Source: an uncultured virus (IMG/VR IMGVR_UViG_3300008120_000033)
Lineage: Duplodnaviria > Heunggongvirae > Uroviricota > Caudoviricetes
Reading direction: 5' to 3' (one strand)
Virus record (IMG/VR): IMGVR_UViG_3300008120_000033
DNA length: 20,000 nt
Position numbers and translations under genes: made by a program
Shown here: positions 8,695 to 16,682 of the stretch, in pieces
Layout: each line of letters begins with the position of its first letter
How positions within the stretch are numbered: the stretch's first letter is position 1
Notes under the pieces: model-generated
Databases searched by the model: none
Seen by the model: only the letters and a program-made list of their open reading frames with translations
Told to the model about the DNA's origin: nothing

Positions 8695-8766
8695 TGGTTT
8701 TTCCTGACCTCGGTGGATAAGACGCTCGTGTTAGTAGCCGGAGCACCCGATATCTGGGGTACATCT

Positions 8767-8796
8767 ATTTTACCCCCAACATCCCAAAAAGTGCAA
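8767..8796 (-). promoter_or_regulatory. Sigma70-type promoter of the Rpf-like gene
   Basis: Minus strand TTGCAC-18nt-TAAAAT. Confidence 0.65.
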
Positions 8797-8964
8797 ACAA
8801 CCCCCTAGCCCGCGCCCCCCGCCGGCCGCCGCAACCCCAATAAAAGCAACGCTTTTAGAACAAAGCTGTATACCCAAAAAAATTTTTGGGAACGACCCTC
8901 TTTTTTGGATAAATTTATCCGGGAACCCTGTACATGCTCATATATTTGCGTTACCCTAAATCCC

Positions 8965-9258
8965 ATGACTACATATTCCACCGACTATGAATTCGACCCC
9001 ATCGGAGAGAGCTTCAAATACAAAGAGTCAATGGTCTTTGTGACAAACGACAACAGTGAATGGTTGGTCGTTTTTGATGGTGAAAGGGCCTACCTCTACA
9101 GGATGGAACGCACAGAATCTGGCGGCGACAAAATCGCGCGGCACTATGCAAGCTTCCTTGCTTCAGGAAACGAGTATTTCGAGTTCCTAAACGACCGCTC
9201 TGGAACGATGGTGAATTTCGCGCGGCGCTTATTATCTTCTGTCTCTTCCACGAGCTAG
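8965..9258 (+). CDS. Hypothetical protein (97 aa), probably leaderless
   Basis: TGTACA-17-TACCCT (8929-8957), 7 nt before ATG 8965. Confidence 0.7.
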   Translation: MTTYSTDYEFDPIGESFKYKESMVFVTNDNSEWLVVFDGERAYLYRMERTESGGDKIARHYASFLASGNEYFEFLNDRSGTMVNFARRLLSSVSSTS

Positions 9259-9309
9259 AACGCTGTTAAGACGGTCCAGTAAGGCTAGAGAGCCACTCTG
9301 GGGAACCGA

Positions 9310-9402
9310 TTACAGGTACATACCCCCGGGTACGAACACCAGAAGCAACAGCAACAGAATAATCAAACAAACAATCAACACATCAATTAGCTCGTCAGCC
9401 AT
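9310..9402 (-). CDS. Small hydrophobic protein (30 aa)
   Basis: MADELIDVLIVCLIILLLLLLVFVPGGMYL; start overlaps the upstream stop. Confidence 0.45.
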   Translation of the reverse strand: MADELIDVLIVCLIILLLLLLVFVPGGMYL

Positions 9403-9604
9403 CCATGCGTTCCATGACGAACGAAGCAATCATGGGGTCAATCTTGTCCCTGTGAAACGGGTCATGCACATGACCTCTTACCTCTACTGCGATGTCTGGA
9501 GCCACCTCGTGGAGGACGTTAAAGAAGGCCTGCCCGAGTGGCCATTCGCCGGCCATCGAATCATGCTTTTCGTGAACAAGGGCAAGAAACTCGTCGTATG
9601 TCAT
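9395..9604 (-). CDS. Hypothetical phage protein (69 aa)
   Basis: MTYDEFL...WPLGQAFFNVL...DPFH; TACCAT -10 lies 6 nt before ATG. Confidence 0.75.
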   Translation of the reverse strand: MTYDEFLALVHEKHDSMAGEWPLGQAFFNVLHEVAPDIAVEVRGHVHDPFHRDKIDPMIASFVMERMDG

Positions 9605-9769
9605 GGGGTCATGGTATCGCCGGCCGCGACCATATTGCCGGCTCCTAGGGCAGGTTTGGATAAATTTAAGTGAAGTAATTTGGAGTCCAAAATTTCTGTA
9701 GTAGCTGGCCACCGGTTGGGGGGTGCCAGTGAAAGTAGGCGGGGCTCACAGCGCGTGGGGTCGGCATCT

Positions 9770-10083
9770 ACGCAATGATGGACTGTCACGCAGTGTGTCA
9801 CGGGGTGAGCGCAACGCACACGCACACGCAATGCGCACACACACGCATACGCAACGCAGTAGCAACGCACACGCAATGCGCAACGATTACGAAAGTGTGT
9901 CAAGCAGTGTGTTACACACGCACACACGCACGCCGTTGTAAGTGTGATGCGAACACACACGCAAGCAAGCGACAAGCAAACACACAAAGTGTAAGTGAGT
10001 GTGTGTGAAGTGTTGAGAGACAAGCAGTGTGAGTGTGTTACGCACAAGCAGTGAGCAAGGCTAGCGATACAGTGAGCAATGCG
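9770..10083. repeat. Low-complexity alternating purine/pyrimidine tract (ACGCA/CACAC/GTGTG units)
   Basis: GCAACGCACACGCA at 9811 and 9862, CAAGCAGTG at 9901/10021/10045; overlapping ORFs are Cys/Val or His/Thr artefacts. Confidence 0.85.
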
Positions 10084-10326
10084 TCAGTGAGTAGGTGAGT
10101 CACTATCGTGCTCGTTGTCATAAGTACGCAGAGAGAAGTAGAACAAGGCAGAGTACACACACGCCACGGGTAGCCAGCCGACATACCACCCACCTAGTGA
10201 GGCAAGCCCTAGTAGTCCCATACCTATCGCCGTGTAGGCACGCACGACAACAGTGCGCCCATCTACCTCAGGCAGTGAGCGTTCAGGTATCGCCCTCTCC
10301 CACCCATCTTCTTGACCGAATGCCAT
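10084..10326 (-). CDS. Small membrane protein (2 TM), probably leaderless
   Basis: Hydrophobic central segment; minus-strand GTGGCA-17-TAGGGT, 6 nt before ATG. Confidence 0.65.
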   Translation of the reverse strand: MAFGQEDGWERAIPERSLPEVDGRTVVVRAYTAIGMGLLGLASLGGWYVGWLPVACVYSALFYFSLRTYDNEHDSDSPTH

Positions 10327-10428
10327 ACCATTACCCTAGTCATTGGTCGCCCAAGTGCCACGGGTGAGCAGGTAAATAAGTCGCACGAACCCTTTACATT
10401 GACACACCCACCTACTACTGTGAGCGGT

Positions 10429-10614
10429 ATGGATACAACAACGACCCACATACGACCCAGAGTCATTCACGCCCTGCCCCTTGGCAGTGTGGTACAAGTG
10501 TTCGCCAAGAGCACTGATACAGATGGCGTCTCACACACGCAGGTAGACACCATTGAGTGTGTCTCCCCTGAGCAAGCAGTTGCTATTGCGAGGTTCTATG
10601 AGGCGATAGGCTGA
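10429..10614 (+). CDS. Hypothetical protein (61 aa), probably leaderless
   Basis: TTTACA-17-TACTGT (10393-10421), 7 nt before ATG (MDTTTTHIRP...). Confidence 0.7.
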   Translation: MDTTTTHIRPRVIHALPLGSVVQVFAKSTDTDGVSHTQVDTIECVSPEQAVAIARFYEAIG

Positions 10615-10618
10615 GCCA

Positions 10619-10798
10619 ATGAGCGAGACATTCCGACTAACAGTCGCAGTGCGCAAGCACAAAGACCTTGACAATCCGACAACAGTTGATGAGGCTGTTG
10701 CAACTGTGTACAACCTCTTGACACAAGGCGCACTCATAGAAGTAGTGAGCGTGTTGCCTGAACAAAAGAGTAGTGGCAATGAGGTCAAGTGGGGATAG
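10619..10798 (+). CDS. Hypothetical protein (59 aa)
   Basis: Manual ORF MSETFRLTVAVRKHKDLDNP...EVKWG filling the gap between neighbours. Confidence 0.6.
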   Translation: MSETFRLTVAVRKHKDLDNPTTVDEAVATVYNLLTQGALIEVVSVLPEQKSSGNEVKWG

Positions 10799-10835
10799 GT
10801 GACACGTCTCTCACGCAGTGATACTGTTGTGAGCA

Positions 10836-11207
10836 ATGAACACCTATCTGTTTGTCACGCCCTATGCGGTATTGCGTGAACGCATAAGTGTTGGTGCGCC
10901 GTCATTCTTTGAGATAGATGAGCGTGAAAGAATGACGAGAATTCACCTCGCAGCACTGTTCACCACCAAAGTGCTTGATGCTTGTCGTGCGCACGACGTA
11001 ACGCCGTGGAGCGCCACGGGTGTCCCATTTCAGATGGTATCCCTGATGGCGGAAGCCGAGAGACAGTTAGGTATCGCAACATCGGATACCGAACTGGAAC
11101 TAATGAACAGATGGAAGCGGTACGAAGCGCAGTACATCGCAAGCCAACGCAAGCAGTATGCCTACTCAACATTCATACGAATGACCTCAGGTGCATTCAG
11201 TAGATAA
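10836..11207 (+). CDS. Hypothetical protein (123 aa), probably leaderless
   Basis: GTGACA-17-TACTGT (10799-10827), 8 nt before ATG; stop TAA lies inside a GTAGATAAG box. Confidence 0.7.
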   Translation: MNTYLFVTPYAVLRERISVGAPSFFEIDERERMTRIHLAALFTTKVLDACRAHDVTPWSATGVPFQMVSLMAEAERQLGIATSDTELELMNRWKRYEAQYIASQRKQYAYSTFIRMTSGAFSR

Positions 11208-11261
11208 GGCGCAAGTGCCACGGGTTGCCAAGTTTGTCCCCAGTGTGGTACGCTCGCAGTT

Positions 11262-11648
11262 ATGAGAGAAAAGAACTATGCAGTGTGCTCGGCGTGCGAC
11301 ACACGCACTGAGTGCAACTCGCAACTCATCTACCCTGATAATGGTTGGGTCTTACCATTTGACACATTCGGATACTACGGTGGATTTGACGACATGATGC
11401 CTGTGCTCGCAGGCGACCAACGAACGAGAGAATGGATTTTCTGTCACGATTGCGTTGTGAAGTTTCTCGAGCTTTTCCCCCGACTCGCTGAGAAACTCGG
11501 AGCGAACTGTCACCCTTGCGATGACGAAGTGCCGTGTTGCCGTCACGCTTGGCAAGGCACAGACCTGTTCGGCACTGACATCTATGGTGTCCACGCTCGT
11601 ACTGCCTGGCCTGATGGCCAATGGCACGATGACCCGCCGACTACCTAA
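11262..11648 (+). CDS. Cys-rich putative zinc-binding protein, probably leaderless
   Basis: CSAC, CHDC, CHPC, CC; TTGCCA-18-TACGCT, 7 nt before ATG. Confidence 0.75.
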   Translation: MREKNYAVCSACDTRTECNSQLIYPDNGWVLPFDTFGYYGGFDDMMPVLAGDQRTREWIFCHDCVVKFLELFPRLAEKLGANCHPCDDEVPCCRHAWQGTDLFGTDIYGVHARTAWPDGQWHDDPPTT

Positions 11649-11662
11649 CTACGGGTAGATAA

Positions 11663-11890
11663 CTAGTTTCCCTTGCGTTGTGTGTGTCTGATTGACTCGT
11701 AGCAACGGAGCATCGCTTTCACTATTGACGTGCACGAACCACTTGCCCAGTAATCACTAGGCGTGCCGTCTTCAAGCGTCGGTACACCACGTTTCCACGC
11801 AGTGCATTTCCATTGGCCAGCGATGTTCGTTAGTTGGAAGTCCATGCCATTGAGGTGAAACCACTTAGTGAACTGCGTGATGTCACTCAT
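11663..11890 (-). CDS. Hypothetical protein (75 aa)
   Basis: GGAGG upstream of ATG 11890 (MSDITQFTKWF...). Confidence 0.65.
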   Translation of the reverse strand: MSDITQFTKWFHLNGMDFQLTNIAGQWKCTAWKRGVPTLEDGTPSDYWASGSCTSIVKAMLRCYESIRHTQRKGN

Positions 11891-12091
11891 ATCGTTCCCG
11901 TCCTCCGTGCTTGTGGAATGTCCGTAAAGTACTGGCATCTCGTCAGCATACCGCTAATCAGCGGGGCTCCCGGCAGGGTGTAAGGCTGGGGCTTGCTGTG
12001 GCGTGGGGTGGCAGGTAGATAAGTCGGGAAATACTTGTAAGTCTGTACCACGTGTGATACGGTGAGTGTGTCGCCAAACGAAAGGGAAAAA

Positions 12092-12370
12092 ATGGCTACT
12101 ACACACCACACCAACCGAAACCGAGCGCAAGACGTGACAGTAATGCGCACTCTCGCTGTCCTGTCGTGGGCGTTCCCGTTGTTCGGGGTTGCTCTGCTGG
12201 CAGTGTCTTACTACTCACACGCTCTGTACGACTTGCTCGTGGGCGGTGTGTTCGCAGTGTTCGGGTCAATCGGCGCAACGCTGATGACAATCGCAATGAG
12301 CAACGCACTTGCCGAAGAGCGCAACCACGAGCGCCAAGCCCACCCGTCCTATCCGTTCCGTAATCGCTGA
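12092..12370 (+). CDS. Two-TM membrane protein
   Basis: Promoter TTGTAA-17-TACGGT (12035-12063), AAAGGGA RBS, two hydrophobic helices. Confidence 0.7.
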   Translation: MATTHHTNRNRAQDVTVMRTLAVLSWAFPLFGVALLAVSYYSHALYDLLVGGVFAVFGSIGATLMTIAMSNALAEERNHERQAHPSYPFRNR

Positions 12371-12384
12371 AAGGTAGATAAGTC

Positions 12385-13083
12385 ATGACAACCGCAACCG
12401 ACACCAAAACCGCCGAGGTCATTGCTGAAATGCTGACCGAGAATACGGGTAGGAGTATGCTTGATAGTGGCGACTACTACGGCAGACACTACGAGAAAAA
12501 CGCAGGCAAGGTGCTTGCTGATTTTGAGAGCGAACCGCAAGCGTGGGCGAGTTCCTACGGCGTGACGCTTTCCGTGTTTCACTATCTCACGGCGCGCGTC
12601 AAGTATGACGACTCACTCAATGCTGAGTGGGATTCGTTCTGCTCTCACAATGCTGATGACGGGTACTTCTCACTCATGCAGGATTTCGCCAATGAGCGCG
12701 ATTCGTCGGCGCATACGTGGAACACCTATAACGGGGACGATTCACTCTCGCAAACCTTGCAGGGTGTCACGTTCGCAATCGGTGAGCGTGTGTACGCGCT
12801 GATTCAGATTCACGGGGGTTGTGACGTTCGCGGTGGCTATACGCGTCCGCGCGCATTCCGCATTGAGATGAGTGACGCGTCATACTTTCCATGCGATAAC
12901 GATTCCTATCACGTCACGTGTGACAGTGGCGAAGAGACTCACGGACTCTCGTGGTACGGCGAGTGGATTTCGTGGGAAGGTTCTTGCGCTGACGATTCGT
13001 CCTATCCCGAGTACACGGGTGAAGGCATGAAGTGCGCGCAGTGTGGCGCAGGCATGACCGTACACGCGCCCGAGCCCTACTAG
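12385..13083 (+). CDS. Phage-type hypothetical protein with C-terminal CxxC
   Basis: 232-aa ORF with motifs ENTG.S.LDSG..YGR and IHGGCDVRGGYT.P; function unknown. Confidence 0.8.
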   Translation: MTTATDTKTAEVIAEMLTENTGRSMLDSGDYYGRHYEKNAGKVLADFESEPQAWASSYGVTLSVFHYLTARVKYDDSLNAEWDSFCSHNADDGYFSLMQDFANERDSSAHTWNTYNGDDSLSQTLQGVTFAIGERVYALIQIHGGCDVRGGYTRPRAFRIEMSDASYFPCDNDSYHVTCDSGEETHGLSWYGEWISWEGSCADDSSYPEYTGEGMKCAQCGAGMTVHAPEPY

Positions 13084-13246
13084 CGAGCGTTCCCTATCTC
13101 CGCTTGCTAGTCCTGCCCCTGCCCTGCTTAGTAGATAAGTGGGGTGGGGGCTAGGTCTTATCTACCTACTTGCATTCTCTGCCCGAGAGCAACCGAAGCG
13201 CGAACGCGCGAGGGCGCTAGCAGCCGGGGCTCCTGAGTGAGTAGTG

Positions 13247-14497
13247 CTACCTCGTCACTGTCACGATGCGAGGCTTATCTACCACTTCATCTGTTGCGCT
13301 TCCACCTCTGCGGTGCGCATTTATCCAGCGAGCACGGTGCATCTGTTGCGATGGATACCACTGATTACGCCAGTGTCCACGCACAAGGTGTGCGAGCGAT
13401 ACCTTGCGCCCTGTTGCTGAATCACTATCACCGTAGAGCGCCCTGCGTAGTTCTAGCGTGGTGATACTGTCAGTGTTCACGCGTCCAGCCCTTGCGCCCC
13501 TGCGAGAGAACGGGCGAGGCACACGGGTTGTTTCAACATCTACGTACTCATTCATCAAACGCAACAGTGCAACGATGAATCTACGAGACCTGCGATAACG
13601 GTCAAAACTTGACTGATTCATTACTTCTTCAAACGAGTCATTTTCAAGTTGAAAACCATCTTCTCCATACATAAAGTAGTAACTGTCAATCAGATTCATT
13701 TTCAACGAGATGAGTGGGTTTCTTACGACAAGTGTCAAACCGTCAATCTCTGAGCTGACAATACGCCCAAACACACCAACGATGATTGCGTTCATCGGGT
13801 GCTCTGTTCCGTCCTCTTCAACAAAACGTGCGTGATTCAATTCCTTCTTCTCGTAGTGTTCCAACTCAAGTTGGAATTTGTATTCAGGACTAGCAGTGCC
13901 ATACTGCTTCGCTACCGATTCAAGCACGTGAGGATAGATTGACTCGCAATCGCCCCACGAAAATGCAACGATTTCGTAAACGTCTACGCCATCAAGGTAT
14001 CCGTCCTCTGTCTGCGTGTACTTACGGGTTCCCTCAACGGTTCCACCGTATTGACGAACCTTATCTACTAGTTCGTCAATGTCATCCGATAAGCATCCAG
14101 CTGCAACCCTCACCTGGATTGGGCGTTCAAGGAAAACCATTGCACACGGCGTGTAGACATCAGTGCGAAAAAGAACTTCATCAGGCATTGACTCCGATGC
14201 TGTGTGCACCAATTCGTGTAGTTCTTCCGATAGGTACACAGTGTCTGCACGGGAAATGATTTCATCATCCGTCAAACGCCACACGTTATGAGCAACGCGC
14301 GAGTCTGCGAACTGCTTTTCTTTGTTCTCCAATGTAACTACCGACTCAAACAATCCATTCTGCTGAGCAGTCCACTGAGATGCGTGCAATAGTCGGTCTG
14401 CGCTCGGGTGGCCTTTGCGCCACACCAGGTATTCAGTCTGCATTTCATGTGCCTCTAATGGCGAGGTCAACCCCTTTGGGCTTTCAGTACCAGTCAT
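13247..14497 (-). CDS. Hypothetical protein with C-terminal VRGHWRNQW basic motif, probably leaderless
   Basis: 416-aa ORF; minus-strand TTGATT-17-TATTAT (14504-14532), 6 nt before ATG. Confidence 0.85.
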   Translation of the reverse strand: MTGTESPKGLTSPLEAHEMQTEYLVWRKGHPSADRLLHASQWTAQQNGLFESVVTLENKEKQFADSRVAHNVWRLTDDEIISRADTVYLSEELHELVHTASESMPDEVLFRTDVYTPCAMVFLERPIQVRVAAGCLSDDIDELVDKVRQYGGTVEGTRKYTQTEDGYLDGVDVYEIVAFSWGDCESIYPHVLESVAKQYGTASPEYKFQLELEHYEKKELNHARFVEEDGTEHPMNAIIVGVFGRIVSSEIDGLTLVVRNPLISLKMNLIDSYYFMYGEDGFQLENDSFEEVMNQSSFDRYRRSRRFIVALLRLMNEYVDVETTRVPRPFSRRGARAGRVNTDSITTLELRRALYGDSDSATGRKVSLAHLVRGHWRNQWYPSQQMHRARWINAHRRGGSATDEVVDKPRIVTVTR

Positions 14498-14605
14498 GTC
14501 ACCATAATAAACAATGCAAAGAGAAAAATCAACTCTTCGACTTATCTACCTGTCCACCCCAGCTCACCCTGGTCAGCGGGGCTCCTGCTGGACTTATCTA
14601 CCCAT

Positions 14606-14640
14606 AGATAAAGGGGGCGAACCGATTGGCTCACCCCCTC
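14606..14640 (-). terminator. Intrinsic terminator of the 14672-14971 gene
   Basis: Minus-strand RNA AGGGGGUGAGCC-AAUC-GGUUCGCCCCCU, 12-bp stem with two G-U pairs, then UUAU. Confidence 0.75.
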
Positions 14641-14671
14641 AATCAGGGAACCCTCGCTTGGCGAGACTTAT

Positions 14672-14971
14672 CTACACGCTGTCTGTGTGCTGTGTGATTG
14701 CGCCATCAACGGCTCGCTGAGCGTTCCGAAGTCCTGCGGTCTTGCAGGTCGTGGCAAGCAGTTGAGCGATTGTCTGTTGCAGACAAGATGCGTAGAAGTC
14801 GGCCATCGCTGGTGTCTGGGTGACCTTCTCAAACGCGTCCTGTGCTTGCAGGGCGAACTGGTGGAACTCACGGATGATGTGACCATCGAACATGTCGATT
14901 TCTCGTGCGAGGTATGCGCTGAGAAGCGATGGCATCGCCTCTGCTTTCACTGGGATGATTGGTCTGGACAT
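14672..14971 (-). CDS. Hypothetical protein (99 aa)
   Basis: GAAAGGGG RBS before ATG; TAG stop lies inside a GTAGATAAGTC box; terminator follows. Confidence 0.7.
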   Translation of the reverse strand: MSRPIIPVKAEAMPSLLSAYLAREIDMFDGHIIREFHQFALQAQDAFEKVTQTPAMADFYASCLQQTIAQLLATTCKTAGLRNAQRAVDGAITQHTDSV

Positions 14972-15164
14972 GGTGACCCCTTTCGGTCGGTTCGGGGGCG
15001 TTGGTGCCTCCTATCAACACTGTACCACATACGGTTCAGACTTATCTACCCGTTCCCCGTGCGCCCAACCCACCCCCGAGGGGGAGCCCCGCCTGAAATC
15101 ATCTGCCTGAAAGGGAGTACTTTCAGATAGATTTATCTACAAGCAAATAGCGAACGGAGACGAA

Positions 15165-16190
15165 ATGTCACACGACATAGAAATCAACGAAGACGGCACA
15201 GCCAGAATGGCTTACGCCGACAGGGAAATCCCTTGGCATCGCCTTGGAACACCAATGAAGGGCTTGCAGACGGCAGAGGCAATGCTCGCCGCCGCCCAGG
15301 CCAACTTTGATGTCGTGACCACACGGGTAGCAGTGTGTGACGATAATGGCGAAGTAATCAGAAACTCTGATGGCTCGCTCGTTCTAGTACCAGACAGTAG
15401 AGCCACAGTGCGTGTCAATGGTGACGGCACGTTCAATGGTCTTGCAACGGTTGGCACACGCTACGTGGTGCAGCAAAATCGTGAATGTCTTGACTATGCG
15501 CTCGCTATCGCAGGAGCATCTACGGGTGATGCAGTAGTAGATACTTGCGGTGTTCTCAATGGTGGCAGAGAGTTCTTCTCATCTCTTGACCTGGGTGCGC
15601 TTGTCATTGACCCAATGGGCGTGAATGACCAGATTGAGCGTTATCTACTAGTTCGCAATGGGCACGACGGAAAGACGGCGATTACGTTCGCAAACACAAG
15701 TATTCGCGCCGTATGCAAGAACACTGTTGTTGCAGGTCTTAGCAGTGCACGGAGAGTGTTCACTGCTCGTCATACACGCAACGCCGAGCGTGCGATTGAA
15801 GAAGCAAACAGTGTGCTCGAAATCTCCAATGAATGGGCAAAAGCGTTTACAGCAACTGCTGAGAAACTTCTGTCAATCCCCGTTGCGCCTGGCTCAAAAG
15901 TGCTGAACGAAACACTGAATGCAGTATTTCCACTGGAAACAAGTGCAACAGAGCGTCAGAAGCGCAACAGAGACAATGTGCTTTCACTTGTTCGTGCGGT
16001 GTATGACAACGACAACAACGCAAAGGGCTATGGGTACAACGGGTGGTCACTAGTGAATGCTATTGGTGAATACCTTGACCACTATCGTGATGCAACAGTG
16101 ACAGAGCGTGCGCTTGCGTCAATGGATAACAATTCTTGGGTGACTCGTTCAAAGATAAAAGCTCAGGATTTCCTCTTGTCAAGTCGTTGA
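15165..16190 (+). CDS. DUF932 (phage/plasmid TIGR03299-like) protein
   Basis: PWHRLG, Y.VVQN, YLLVRNGHDG, T.IR.VC.NT, RHT, W...NAI.EY.DH motifs. Confidence 0.9.
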   Translation: MSHDIEINEDGTARMAYADREIPWHRLGTPMKGLQTAEAMLAAAQANFDVVTTRVAVCDDNGEVIRNSDGSLVLVPDSRATVRVNGDGTFNGLATVGTRYVVQQNRECLDYALAIAGASTGDAVVDTCGVLNGGREFFSSLDLGALVIDPMGVNDQIERYLLVRNGHDGKTAITFANTSIRAVCKNTVVAGLSSARRVFTARHTRNAERAIEEANSVLEISNEWAKAFTATAEKLLSIPVAPGSKVLNETLNAVFPLETSATERQKRNRDNVLSLVRAVYDNDNNAKGYGYNGWSLVNAIGEYLDHYRDATVTERALASMDNNSWVTRSKIKAQDFLLSSR

Positions 16191-16238
16191 TAACAATTCC
16201 CTGTATCATTGACTTATCTACGGACATAGCGAGGCCTA

Positions 16239-16682
16239 ATGAGCGAAGACGACGAGAACTTTTACGAGTTCCTCTCTGACGGCGATGGCGACATGCCTAC
16301 ACCGGCAGAACTTGCCGTCTGGCTATCCGACTTCATGTCTCAATCACAGAAAGCGCGACAGATGTATCGTTCGCATTTTTGCAACATCATCGCCAATCGT
16401 ATTTGGGATGAGTTCGGCGTTGAGGGTATGTGCGACCTCATGATTGCTATTGACAAGAAGGCTGGCTGGATTTCAGACATCATCATTGAAGATGCTGACA
16501 TTCATGATGCTCTGTTCAAGACGTACGGTGTCTATGACAATGATGCGATAATAAAAGCACGAATGAGCCGTGAAATGATTGAGTTGAACAAGAAGATTTG
16601 GCGCCTTCGCAGAAAGTACTCGAAGTTGATTGCCGAAGAAATCTTCCGTGGCGTCTCGCCAGAAGAAGAAGACGCTAACTAA
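16239..16682 (+). CDS. Hypothetical protein (147 aa)
   Basis: GAGG RBS, clean ORF converging on the helicase gene. Confidence 0.75.
   Translation: MSEDDENFYEFLSDGDGDMPTPAELAVWLSDFMSQSQKARQMYRSHFCNIIANRIWDEFGVEGMCDLMIAIDKKAGWISDIIIEDADIHDALFKTYGVYDNDAIIKARMSREMIELNKKIWRLRRKYSKLIAEEIFRGVSPEEEDAN

Noticed and set aside
9601..10047. Cys/Val-rich and His/Thr-rich ORFs over the CA/TG tract
   Set aside because: Composition is a direct product of the dinucleotide repeat; no convincing start signals.
10352..11225. CAAGTGCCACGGGT direct repeat at 10352 and 11212 as att or IS ends
   Set aside because: Only two copies, both overlapping promoter regions, and no recombinase or transposase; probably promoter-related.
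15165..15179. DUF932 N-terminus MSHDI resembling DIVTRLR copy 2
   Set aside because: DNA differs (TCACACGACATA) and similarity ends after five residues.
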